Under the pieces are notes generated by a model. That model worked only from the letters and a program-made list of their open reading frames with translations. It made no database searches and had not been told where the DNA came from. The translations under genes were made by a program, and so were the position numbers. DNA of 64,000 bases, taken from NCBI GenBank assembly GCA_031962025.1, contig JAVRKW010000004.1, one strand, 5' to 3'. Source of the stretch: Pseudothermotoga sp. GTDB taxonomy: Bacteria > Thermotogota > Thermotogae > Thermotogales > DSM-5069. How positions within the stretch are numbered: the first letter of the stretch is position 1; each line of letters starts with the position of its first letter. Shown piece by piece: positions 1 to 9,105 of the stretch.

Positions 1-198
1 ACCACGTTGACCGTAAAAGAGATACTGGATCTTGAAGTGGGCGATGTAATAAGATTGAAAACGCATAAAGATGACCAGATAGTGGTTGAAGTACAGCAAA
101 AGGCAAAGTTCATGGCTCAACCGGGAACTTTCAAGGGACACAGAGCTGTGAAAGTAACCAAAATTCTAAAGCCGGAGGTGGAAGAAGATGAACAGTGA
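1..198 (+). CDS. fliM: Flagellar motor switch protein FliM, C-terminal SpoA domain (5' end outside window)
   Basis: TVKEILDLEVGDVIRL...QPGTFKGHRAVKVTKI is a SpoA-domain pattern; overlaps the start of fliY. Confidence 0.85.
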   Translation, partial: TTLTVKEILDLEVGDVIRLKTHKDDQIVVEVQQKAKFMAQPGTFKGHRAVKVTKILKPEVEEDEQ

Positions 199-1216
199 CT
201 TTCTCACGCAGGATGAGCTGAACGAACTTTTAAAGAACCTGAGTGAGGATCTCAGCGAAGATGATAAAAAGAAAGTAATTGAGATATGTGATACGATAAT
301 GAATTCGTCTGTTGTGGCGCTTGGAATTGTAATTGGCAGAGAAGTGAAATTTTCCCTAAAAGAGATATCAAGCAAAGCGTTGAAAGATCTGCTCGAATCT
401 ATTCAGGAAGACATGGTCAGCGCTGAAATAGAATTTGCCGATGGAGTAAAAGGTGATCTTCTATTTCTGTTCCCACAGTCCCTTGGTGCTCGCATAGCCG
501 ATATGATGATGGGTGGTTCAGGTGAGCCAGAGAGCTTTGAACTGGATGAAGTGAGAATCAGTGCGATAACAGAGACTATGAATCAAATGATGGGTGCTGC
601 AACTACTTCACTCTCAGAGAAGACAAAGAAAAAAGTATCAATTGCAAACATGAAGGTCAATCTTTTGAAAAAAGGCTCCGAACCACAGCTGGTTTTCAAC
701 CCGGCGCAGATATTAACATGTGTCACTTATGATGTTGAAATTGAAAATGGCAAATCTTCAACGATGTTTTTACTATCAACGCTGTCGTTTTTCAAGGATA
801 TCTACGAAACCATCCATCCTCAAATTCAAAAAAGTGAGCCGGCTAAGCCAAAGAAAGAAGAGGCGAAGGTTAAGGTACAGCCAGTTCAGTTTCAGGAGCT
901 CAGTCAGCAGCAGAGCACAGTTACACCATCATCGGAGCTTTCAGGTAAATTGGAGTTGCTCTTAGATGTACCTTTAAAGGTTGTGGTCGAACTTGGACGC
1001 GCTAAGATGACTCTAAAACAGGTTCTTGAGATGAATATTGGTTCTTTAATAGAACTTGACAAGCTCACCGGCGAACCGGTCGATATACTGGTCAACGGCA
1101 GGCTCATAGCAAGAGGAGAGGTTGTTGTAATCGATGAGAATTTTGGTGTTAGAATAACAGAGATAGTCAGTCCAAAACAGAGGATATATTCTATAAGGGA
1201 GACGAACGGCGTCTGA
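188..1216 (+). CDS. fliY: Flagellar motor switch phosphatase FliY (CheC-like domain plus FliN domain)
   Basis: N-terminal LTQDELNELL CheY-binding-like peptide; ETMNQMMG CheC site; C-terminal LLLDVPLKVVVELG...GEVVVIDENFGVRIT. Confidence 0.9.
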   Translation: MNSDFLTQDELNELLKNLSEDLSEDDKKKVIEICDTIMNSSVVALGIVIGREVKFSLKEISSKALKDLLESIQEDMVSAEIEFADGVKGDLLFLFPQSLGARIADMMMGGSGEPESFELDEVRISAITETMNQMMGAATTSLSEKTKKKVSIANMKVNLLKKGSEPQLVFNPAQILTCVTYDVEIENGKSSTMFLLSTLSFFKDIYETIHPQIQKSEPAKPKKEEAKVKVQPVQFQELSQQQSTVTPSSELSGKLELLLDVPLKVVVELGRAKMTLKQVLEMNIGSLIELDKLTGEPVDILVNGRLIARGEVVVIDENFGVRITEIVSPKQRIYSIRETNGV

Positions 1217-1812
1217 TGAGAAAAACAGTGGTATTTGTAATATCGTTTTTCGCACTGACAGTTATCGCAAATCCCGTTCTGGATCTTGTTGAGAACATAG
1301 CCGGTGTTAGAGATATTTTCGTTGAATTTGAACTGTTGATGCGTGTAAAAAACCAGGAAAAGTTTCAGGAATCTTCTATCAGCGGCGATCTTGCCATAAG
1401 AAACCTTGAAGACTTTTATTTATTGATAAAAGAACCATCTGTCATTTCTCAGCTGTCTTTTGCATACATCTCCAGAACCAAACGACTCTATTCCGCATTT
1501 CCCGGATATCTGGACATGGAAAATATAGAGGTACCCATAACCAATTTCATAGAGTTTTTTCAGAATATTTTGAAAATAATACAAACGCCGGTCGTAGTAA
1601 CCAGTTTCGATGGTGATACCGTAACAGTAAGCCCGACTGCTCTTGTTGCTGGAAAATCCAAGGACCCTGTTGTTTTCAAAATGAAAATAAAAAATGGCTT
1701 TATTCAGGAACTAATGATAACCAGTAAGGATGAAAGCGAATACATAAAGGTGAAGATCAACAAAATGTCTTTAAATGCTGATGTTGATAAGTACTTTTAC
1801 TTTGCACGCTGA
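1216..1812 (+). CDS. Secreted hypothetical protein, possibly LolA-like fold
   Basis: Signal peptide MRKTVVFVISFFALTVIA; beta-rich; start overlaps the fliY stop (TGATG). Confidence 0.65.
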   Translation: MRKTVVFVISFFALTVIANPVLDLVENIAGVRDIFVEFELLMRVKNQEKFQESSISGDLAIRNLEDFYLLIKEPSVISQLSFAYISRTKRLYSAFPGYLDMENIEVPITNFIEFFQNILKIIQTPVVVTSFDGDTVTVSPTALVAGKSKDPVVFKMKIKNGFIQELMITSKDESEYIKVKINKMSLNADVDKYFYFAR

Positions 1813-2546
1813 ACCATCAGATTCTCAAGCCCCCAGGAAAACAGTTCCGGGAACCCCCTTTTTGAGAAATTCTGGTCGGATAATATCTCTGCGTAGGTAA
1901 TAGTTCCTTCAACAAGGCGCTGAATTTTTGTGAGATACTTTATCATCAGATCTAAACAGCTTTTGTCGGAGAAATTTCCATGACCGGGTATGATCAGATC
2001 AGCCCTGTATTTTTTCAGCTCTTCAAGGGCATTCAACCACAGTTCCAGATCGCTGTCCTGTACAATTTCAGCATGAAAACCGTTGAAGACAAGATCACCG
2101 GTTATTAAGATTCTCTCCTGTTCGAAGAACACTATCGAAGAATCTGGCGTATGCCCACCCACTCTTTTGATCAGTACCTGATCCTGCCTGTATTCGTCTT
2201 CGAATGTGACTGAAGCCGGTACAAGTTTGCCGGACAAAGGTAGGTCTTTCAGGTACTGTTCGTCCATGAGCATCATTTTTTCGCGCGTCAGGCTTGAAGA
2301 AATTATTTGTTTGTCCTGGAAAACAAGATTGCCGAAGGTGTGATCGGGATGATAATGTGTGTTCACCAAAAAGAGAATATCTTTCTTGAGCAAGTTCTCA
2401 ACAAACTCACGAATCTTCTGAGATTTTTCTGCGAACAACGATGTATCTACAATGATTGCGCCTTTTGGCTGTACAACCACAACGACATTTGCAGATCCTT
2501 CCGCACCTATAACAAAAACCCTTTCATTGATCTTTTGAATCATCAA
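1797..2546 (-). CDS. MBL-fold metallo-hydrolase
   Basis: NTHYHPDHTFGN (HxHxDH), GGHTPD, TGDL, IPGHG. Confidence 0.9.
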   Translation of the reverse strand: MMIQKINERVFVIGAEGSANVVVVVQPKGAIIVDTSLFAEKSQKIREFVENLLKKDILFLVNTHYHPDHTFGNLVFQDKQIISSSLTREKMMLMDEQYLKDLPLSGKLVPASVTFEDEYRQDQVLIKRVGGHTPDSSIVFFEQERILITGDLVFNGFHAEIVQDSDLELWLNALEELKKYRADLIIPGHGNFSDKSCLDLMIKYLTKIQRLVEGTITYAEILSDQNFSKRGFPELFSWGLENLMVQRAK

Positions 2547-2603
2547 AATCCTCCCATTTGGTATAATCTCAATGTATCATTCTTCGGAGAGGGATGTTTT
2601 TCC

Positions 2604-3608
2604 TTGAAAAGCGCTTTAGTTTTTGGATACTACGGATACGATAACCTTGGAGATGAACTGCTCTGCCAGGCAACCATTGATTTACTCAGAAAAGCTCGCT
2701 TTGACAGAGTGTATCTTCTTGTCCCAAAACACAGAATAAAAGACTACAAACAAAAATATGTTCATCCTGTCAACAGGTTTGATCCTATAAGTATTCTTAA
2801 TGCCATACTGCACTCTGATTATGTGATATGCGGTGGAGGAGGCATATTTCAGGATCAAACAAGTCTGAGGAGTTTTGTTTATTATTCTTCGATAGTGATA
2901 CTCTCGACACTGCTCGGTAAACCAGTGATACTGCTTGCTAACAGCATAGGTCCAATCAAGCGAAAGTTTTCAAGTAAGATCCTCAGGCACATGCTTTCTC
3001 ATAGGAAGGTTTTTTTCATACCGAGGGACGGCGTCAGCGCAAGGTATGCCAGAAGGTTCAGCAAAAACGTCTACGAGGGGACAGATCTGGCTGTTATGGC
3101 GCTTGAAAAGATCCCAAATGGTTTTGAGAAAAAACGCCAGGTGGCTTTCTGCTTGAAATCATCAATAGAGCTTTCTGAAATACTGAATTTTCTCAAATAC
3201 ATGGGAATTGAAAAATTCGTTCTGGCACCGCTCAGTCCGCAGGATGAAAAGCTTTCCATTGATCTTTTGAAAAAATATCCAGAACTTGAACTGTCCAATG
3301 ACCCAATTGGCACCATAGCTTCTTCTTCGATGGTGATTTCTCAAAGAATGCATGGCTGTCTTATCTCGGCGTATTTTGGAGTGCCGTTCATTGCCATGAA
3401 CAATTCAAAGGCAACAAGATTCATGAGAAAGTACCTGCCCAAGTACGAAGGGTATGTCAGTGAAGAGACAGGCAGTATAATCATAGCGATCTCAAAATTG
3501 ATTGAAAAGCCAATAGATATCAGAGAAAAACTGCTTTTGGATTCACAGAAAATGGAAGAAGAGTTTATGAAACTGTTAAAACTTCCCAGACATCGATTTG
3601 GTACTTGA
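2604..3608 (+). CDS. csaB: Polysaccharide pyruvyl transferase CsaB
   Basis: GYYGYDNLGDE, GGGGIFQDQTS..SFVYY, RD and RMHGCLIS motifs; TTG start after GGAGAGG. Confidence 0.85.
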   Translation: MKSALVFGYYGYDNLGDELLCQATIDLLRKARFDRVYLLVPKHRIKDYKQKYVHPVNRFDPISILNAILHSDYVICGGGGIFQDQTSLRSFVYYSSIVILSTLLGKPVILLANSIGPIKRKFSSKILRHMLSHRKVFFIPRDGVSARYARRFSKNVYEGTDLAVMALEKIPNGFEKKRQVAFCLKSSIELSEILNFLKYMGIEKFVLAPLSPQDEKLSIDLLKKYPELELSNDPIGTIASSSMVISQRMHGCLISAYFGVPFIAMNNSKATRFMRKYLPKYEGYVSEETGSIIIAISKLIEKPIDIREKLLLDSQKMEEEFMKLLKLPRHRFGT

Positions 3609-3633
3609 AAAATATAAAGCGGTATGATATCAT
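3605..3633 (+). promoter_or_regulatory. Sigma70-type promoter of the tRNA cluster
   Basis: TTGAAA-17 nt-TATCAT with TG extension, 22 nt upstream of tRNA-Lys. Confidence 0.65.
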
Positions 3634-3655
3634 CAAAATGCACTGTCGCTTGGAC

Positions 3656-3731
3656 GACCCGCTAGCTCAGCCGGAAGAGCACCTGACTTTTAATCAGGGG
3701 GTCCCGGGTTCGAGTCCCGGGCGGGTCACCA
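3656..3731 (+). tRNA. tRNA-Lys(UUU)
   Basis: GACCCGC/GCGGGTC acceptor stem, CCTGA-CT-TTT-AA-TCAGG anticodon arm, GTTCGAG T-loop, encoded CCA. Confidence 0.97.
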
Positions 3732-3733
3732 GA

Positions 3734-3821
3734 GCGAGAGTGGCGGAACTGGCAGACGCGCTGGACTTAGAATCCAGTGGACGATGAGTTCGTGTGGGTT
3801 CAAGTCCCACCTCTCGCACCA
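3734..3821 (+). tRNA. tRNA-Leu(UAG)
   Basis: GCGAGAG/CTCTCGC acceptor stem, CTGGA-CT-TAG-AA-TCCAG anticodon arm, long variable arm, CCA. Confidence 0.97.
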
Positions 3822-3825
3822 GATT

Positions 3826-3900
3826 GCGGGCGTAGCTCAGCGGTAGAGCGTCTGCTTGCCAAGCAGAAGGTCGCGGGTTCGAAACCCGTCGCCCGCTCCA
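3826..3900 (+). tRNA. tRNA-Gly(GCC)
   Basis: GCGGGCG/CGCCCGC acceptor stem, TCTGC-TT-GCC-AA-GCAGA anticodon arm, TCCA end. Confidence 0.97.
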
Positions 3901-3907
3901 AAAGATG

Positions 3908-3934
3908 CCCCCCAGAGCTTGGGGGGTTTTTCTT
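3908..3934 (+). terminator. Intrinsic terminator after the tRNA cluster
   Basis: CCCCCC-agagctt-GGGGGG followed by TTTTTCTT. Confidence 0.8.
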
Positions 3935-3947
3935 GATGAGGTGAGAA

Positions 3948-6731
3948 ATGCTCGATTTCATAAAAATCAAAGGGGCGCGTGTACACAACCTCAAAAATGT
4001 CTGTGTTCAGATCCCGAAGAATAAAATAACAGTAGTTACTGGCTTGTCTGGATCTGGAAAGTCAACTCTTGCAATGGATACGATTTATGCCGAAGGTCAG
4101 AGAAGGTACCTTGAATCACTGTCGACTTATGCACGGCAATTTCTTGGAGAGCTGAAAAAACCGGATGTTGATTCCATTGAAGGTCTTTCTCCTGCGATTG
4201 CAATTGACCAGAAAAGCATTTCTCACAACCCCAGATCCACCGTTGGCACGACCACTGAGGTCTACGATTATTTAAGGGTTCTTTTTTCAAAAATAGGCGA
4301 GCCGCACTGCCCTTCATGCGGTAGACCCGTTGAAAAAAAAGACGTAGATCAAATCGTGAAAGATCTGTTTACAAAATTCAAACCAAAGACGAGGCTGTAC
4401 ATACTCTCTCCTGTGGTTACAGATAAAAAAGGTACTTTCAAAAAGGAATTCTCCACATATCTTTCCAAAGGCTTTGTGAGAGCAGAGGTCGATGGCCAAA
4501 TAGTGAGACTTGAGCAGATCGATGAACTTGACAAAAACAAAAGACACACCATAAAACTGGTGATCGACAGGCTCGAATTGAGCGAAGATGAAAGGCACAG
4601 GATCGCCGATGATATAGAAATAGCCTTTCGAGAAAGTTCCGGTTTTGTCCAGATAAGAGATGCCGATTCAAATGAAGAATTGATTTTCAGCCAGCACATG
4701 ATGTGTCCCGTGTGCAACATAGGCCTTCCTGAGATAAACCCAAAACTCTTCTCCTTCAACAACCCTTACGGGGCGTGCCCAAATTGCCACGGGCTCGGGT
4801 ATAATCTTCAAATCGATCCACAACTGGTTGTTGATGAAAGATTGAGTATTGATCAGGGTGCAATAATACCGTATCACAGCGATGGATATTATCTTTCGTA
4901 TGTGAAAAGGCTGGTTCATGCGCTTGGGGGTTCTACCAGTGTGCCGTTTAAAGATTTGCCGCAACATGTTCAGGAAGCAGTCCTTTATGGATATGGAGAT
5001 TTTGAAGGTATTGTCAACAATCTGGAAAGACGTTACAGAGAAACAGAGTCAGAAGATATCAAAGAATGGATTGAACGCAAATTCATCGTACAGAGAACCT
5101 GTCCTGTCTGTGGTGGTAAGAAACTCAAACCAGAAGCTCTGGCAGTCACGATAAAAGGTATGAACATAATCGATTTTACACAGATGACGATAGAGAAGGC
5201 TTACGAATTCATCTCAAACCTTCAGGCATCCTTTACAGAAAGAGAGCAGAAAATCGTTGGTGAGCTTGTGGAAGAAATTAAAAAACGTCTTCGCTTCATG
5301 CTGGATGTGGGACTGGGTTATCTGACGCTTTCAAGGACTGTGAATACCCTTTCTGGTGGAGAGGCTCAGAGAATCAGGCTTGCCACACAGATTGGTTCAG
5401 GTCTCACAGGAGTGACTTATGTGCTCGATGAACCAACTATCGGTCTGCATCAGAGAGATAACATCAGACTGATAAATACACTGAAAAAACTGAGAGACCT
5501 TGGTAATACCGTGATCGTAGTTGAACACGACGAAGAGGTCATCAGAAATGCCGATTATATAGTAGATCTGGGACCACTTGGTGGTGAAAACGGCGGTCAG
5601 GTCGTCTATTCTGGTCCTGTGGATGGTTTGCTGAACAATCCTGATGGTTCTTTAACGGGACAGTATCTATCTGGCTTGAAAAGGATAGATTATCCCAAGG
5701 TGCGCCGAACGGGCAATGGTAAGAAGCTCAGGATTGTCGGTGCAAAGCACAATAATTTGAAAAATATAACAATAGAAATTCCACTCGGGACATTTGTGTG
5801 TGTAACGGGTGTCTCTGGTTCGGGAAAGTCTTCACTCATACTCGACACACTCTATCCAGCTCTTATGAATGAAATCTACAAAACAAGGTTGCCAGTTGGT
5901 GCACATGAAAAAATCGAGGGCATAGAAAACATAGACAAAGTAATAGCCATAGATCAATCACCAATAGGCAGGACACCCAGAAGCAACCCCGCGACATACA
6001 CCAAAGTCTTCGACGATATTAGGGAACTCTTTGCTATGACCCCTGAGGCAAAGGCAAGGGGTTATGACAAAAGCAGATTCAGTTTCAATTTGAAAGGTGG
6101 CAGATGCGAAGCCTGTCAGGGACATGGATTTGTGAGAATTGAAATGCTTTTTTTGCCTGATGTGTATGTCGAATGCGAAGTCTGCAAAGGCAGACGGTAC
6201 AACGAAGAAACACTGCAGGTGAGGTATAAAGGAAAGAATATACATGAAGTTCTGCAGATGTCTGTCGATGAGGCACTGGAGTTTTTCAGAAATGTTCCAC
6301 ACATTTTTCGTACTCTGAATTTGCTCTCAGAAGTGGGACTTGGTTATATAAAACTCGGTCAGCCTGCCACGACTCTTTCCGGAGGAGAATCTCAGAGAGT
6401 AAAACTCGCTTCAGAGTTGAAAAAAATTGCCACCGGCAGAACGATTTACATACTCGACGAGCCGACGGTGGGACTGCATTTTGAAGACGTCAAGAAATTG
6501 ATCGCGGTTTTGCATAGACTGGTCGACAAAGGTAATACCGTCATAGTGATCGAGCACAATTTGGATGTCATCAAAAATGCAGATTATGTGATCGATCTTG
6601 GTCCGGAAGGTGGAGACGAGGGCGGTTATCTGATCGCATACGGAACACCAGAGCAGGTTGCAAAAGTCAGTTCTTCCCACACTGGAAGGTTTCTGAGTGA
6701 GATTCTGAAGAAAGATGAGGTGATAGGATGA
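3948..6731 (+). CDS. uvrA: Excinuclease ABC subunit A
   Basis: Two ABC ATPase modules (GLSGSGKS and [18 protein letters not shown]), zinc fingers, FSFN motifs. Confidence 0.98.
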   Translation: MLDFIKIKGARVHNLKNVCVQIPKNKITVVTGLSGSGKSTLAMDTIYAEGQRRYLESLSTYARQFLGELKKPDVDSIEGLSPAIAIDQKSISHNPRSTVGTTTEVYDYLRVLFSKIGEPHCPSCGRPVEKKDVDQIVKDLFTKFKPKTRLYILSPVVTDKKGTFKKEFSTYLSKGFVRAEVDGQIVRLEQIDELDKNKRHTIKLVIDRLELSEDERHRIADDIEIAFRESSGFVQIRDADSNEELIFSQHMMCPVCNIGLPEINPKLFSFNNPYGACPNCHGLGYNLQIDPQLVVDERLSIDQGAIIPYHSDGYYLSYVKRLVHALGGSTSVPFKDLPQHVQEAVLYGYGDFEGIVNNLERRYRETESEDIKEWIERKFIVQRTCPVCGGKKLKPEALAVTIKGMNIIDFTQMTIEKAYEFISNLQASFTEREQKIVGELVEEIKKRLRFMLDVGLGYLTLSRTVNTLSGGEAQRIRLATQIGSGLTGVTYVLDEPTIGLHQRDNIRLINTLKKLRDLGNTVIVVEHDEEVIRNADYIVDLGPLGGENGGQVVYSGPVDGLLNNPDGSLTGQYLSGLKRIDYPKVRRTGNGKKLRIVGAKHNNLKNITIEIPLGTFVCVTGVSGSGKSSLILDTLYPALMNEIYKTRLPVGAHEKIEGIENIDKVIAIDQSPIGRTPRSNPATYTKVFDDIRELFAMTPEAKARGYDKSRFSFNLKGGRCEACQGHGFVRIEMLFLPDVYVECEVCKGRRYNEETLQVRYKGKNIHEVLQMSVDEALEFFRNVPHIFRTLNLLSEVGLGYIKLGQPATTLSGGESQRVKLASELKKIATGRTIYILDEPTVGLHFEDVKKLIAVLHRLVDKGNTVIVIEHNLDVIKNADYVIDLGPEGGDEGGYLIAYGTPEQVAKVSSSHTGRFLSEILKKDEVIG

Positions 6732-8446
6732 GAAAATCACTCACATTTCTTTTTCTGCTCGGCTGTCTGGTGATTTTTTCTTACAATTTTTATTTTGCCA
6801 ACATCCACGCACATACAGGTTTTTCAGATGGTCGGGGCACACCTGCTGAAGCTTATAGTTATGCAAAAAAATACGTCAATGTTCAGGGCTTGACAGATCA
6901 TGCTTATTACTTCAGACAGACTGTTAATGGTATGGACAAACTTTTTTTGACAAAATCAACTGCCCAGCAGATAACGGAAAATGGAAAATTCGTTGCTCTG
7001 TGGGGGTTTGAATGGACCGGTGGTGTTGGGCACATAAATGTTTATGGAACAGAGAAGTGGACAGATAGAAATGAATCCGATCTGAAAGCTCTTTATAAAT
7101 GGATTGTTCAAAATAATGCGCTTGCTCAGTTTAACCACCCCGGTGCGACCTACGGCAATTTTTATGATTTTGACTACGATCTTGAGGCAGATCAATACAT
7201 AAATCTCATCGAAGTGGGCAACGGTAATACCTCAAACAGGACAATAACCAAGGAAATGTATTCAAATTACAAACTGGCATTGAATAAAGGATGGCATGTG
7301 GGAGCGACGGCTAATCAGGACAATCACAGAGACAACTGGGGCTCTGCAAACGATACCAGAACTGTTATAGTCGCAGATTCGCTTACATACGAATCCATCA
7401 TGGATGCTTTGAAAAACAGACGGGTATATGCCAGCGAAGATAAAACTGCAAAAGTGACTTTCAAATGCAACGGTCAGTGGATGGGCTCGATTCTAAAAGA
7501 CGCAACTCAACTGGTTTTCGAGATTGAACTGCAGGATGATGAACCTTTTCTTGAAGCAACTCTGGTCTCTCAGAGTGGGGATGTGAAAAGCTGGAAGATA
7601 AATTCAAACCAGTTCAAGACACAGTACACCTGTGAACCTACCGATGGCTACGAGTGGTATTTCTTGTACGTGATTCAGAAAGACTACGATGAGATCATCA
7701 CTGCTCCAATCTGGGTTCAGCACGGTGATGTTTACGTGGTTAATCTGAGAGCAAATTCTCAAGAAAGCAAAGCTGATGTGTATTTTGATCTGATAAACAG
7801 CTCTTATGAATCCACTCAATGTGATCTTCAAATCTATGTGTCTGATCAGGTTCAGTCTTTAAAAACTCCTGTTGATACTCGAACAAAAAAGGAAATCAAA
7901 GTTCACTTTGACAATTTAACTTCAGGAACTTATTGTGTAACTGTCTTTCTAAATGGTCAAAAGGCGCAAACAGGTCTGATAGAGGTGAAGGCAAATTCTG
8001 TAACGATAGATCTATCACATGAGAACGCATACCAGAATTTCTGGAAATCTGTGGGAGAATATCTTGAAAAACAGGGGTTTGAGATCAAGTACAGTTCGAC
8101 GTACTTCAAGAAAGTTCCAGCCACTTACTGCATTTTTTTGGCTCTTCCAAAAAAAGATGGCTTTGCTGAGTCGATGGCTTTGAATGATTTTGAAATAGAT
8201 AATCTTGTCTCTTATTATCAAAACGGCGGTAAGATCGTCTTTGTGGCTTTATCCGATTCCACAGTGCATGAGAGCTACAACAAACTCTTGGAAAGACTTT
8301 CAACAAAAGTGAGATTTGTGCAGACAGATAGGGTTCTGTTCAAAGTGGAAGATCTACTTTTCGACAGATACATTGATAATTCAATCTTTTTCATATCATG
8401 CCAGCAGCCAGATGATTTACTCAAATTCATCGGAGGAAGGTTATGA
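6728..8446 (+). CDS. Secreted PHP-fold (CehA/McbA-like) metallohydrolase with Ig-like and C-terminal extra domains
   Basis: Signal peptide; HAHT.FSDG, TDH, GFEW, GH, NHP and NQDNH metal-ligand pattern. Confidence 0.75.
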   Translation: MRKSLTFLFLLGCLVIFSYNFYFANIHAHTGFSDGRGTPAEAYSYAKKYVNVQGLTDHAYYFRQTVNGMDKLFLTKSTAQQITENGKFVALWGFEWTGGVGHINVYGTEKWTDRNESDLKALYKWIVQNNALAQFNHPGATYGNFYDFDYDLEADQYINLIEVGNGNTSNRTITKEMYSNYKLALNKGWHVGATANQDNHRDNWGSANDTRTVIVADSLTYESIMDALKNRRVYASEDKTAKVTFKCNGQWMGSILKDATQLVFEIELQDDEPFLEATLVSQSGDVKSWKINSNQFKTQYTCEPTDGYEWYFLYVIQKDYDEIITAPIWVQHGDVYVVNLRANSQESKADVYFDLINSSYESTQCDLQIYVSDQVQSLKTPVDTRTKKEIKVHFDNLTSGTYCVTVFLNGQKAQTGLIEVKANSVTIDLSHENAYQNFWKSVGEYLEKQGFEIKYSSTYFKKVPATYCIFLALPKKDGFAESMALNDFEIDNLVSYYQNGGKIVFVALSDSTVHESYNKLLERLSTKVRFVQTDRVLFKVEDLLFDRYIDNSIFFISCQQPDDLLKFIGGRL

Positions 8447-9102
8447 GAATATTCGCACTCGACACCTCCTCAGAAAGACTGGTGCTGTGTTACGCAGACG
8501 AACAGGACATTTTAACTCTCACTTACAGAGGTGTGGAAAGACACGCAAGTAAGCTTGCACCTATTGTGAAGGACTTTCTCAACTGTGCGGGCAGACCTAT
8601 TGAAAGCATAGATTATTTCGGATGCGGCGTTGGACCAGGCAGCCTGACCGGCATCAGAATAGGACTGGCATTCATTCAGGGCATGGCTTGTTCTCTTTCT
8701 AAGTACGTCGTGCCGGTTGTTTCCTTTGAACTTGTTGCGGCTAATTTTTCTTACCACCATGGCGAGGTGGTAATTGTCAAAAAGGCAAGAGAAGATTATG
8801 TGTACTTTGCATACTACAAAAACGGTGAACAGATAGCAGCACCAGCCGTTATGGAAATCAGCAGTGCGGTGAATTTTATAAAAAATCTAAAAGATCCCAT
8901 CTTAGCCGGAGATGCAAAGCATTACTTTAAAGACTTGGGGAAAGTATGCCCTGATGAGCTTGAAGGTATAAACGGAGAAGTTCTTGCAAAAACAGTGCTT
9001 GCCAGAGCAAGAGACAAAATGGTTATAGAGCCAAAGGAGCTTGAACCGCTGTATCTGCAAAAATCCATAGCGGAGATGAATTTCGAGAAAAAACAGTGCT
9101 GA
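8443..9102 (+). CDS. tsaB: tRNA threonylcarbamoyladenosine biosynthesis protein TsaB
   Basis: ALDTS, GVGPGSLTGIRIG, LEPLYL. Confidence 0.92.
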   Translation: MRIFALDTSSERLVLCYADEQDILTLTYRGVERHASKLAPIVKDFLNCAGRPIESIDYFGCGVGPGSLTGIRIGLAFIQGMACSLSKYVVPVVSFELVAANFSYHHGEVVIVKKAREDYVYFAYYKNGEQIAAPAVMEISSAVNFIKNLKDPILAGDAKHYFKDLGKVCPDELEGINGEVLAKTVLARARDKMVIEPKELEPLYLQKSIAEMNFEKKQC

Positions 9103-9105
9103 AAC

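Noticed and set aside
3605..3994. Short ORFs of 60 aa and 64 aa
   Set aside because: They overlap three tRNA genes
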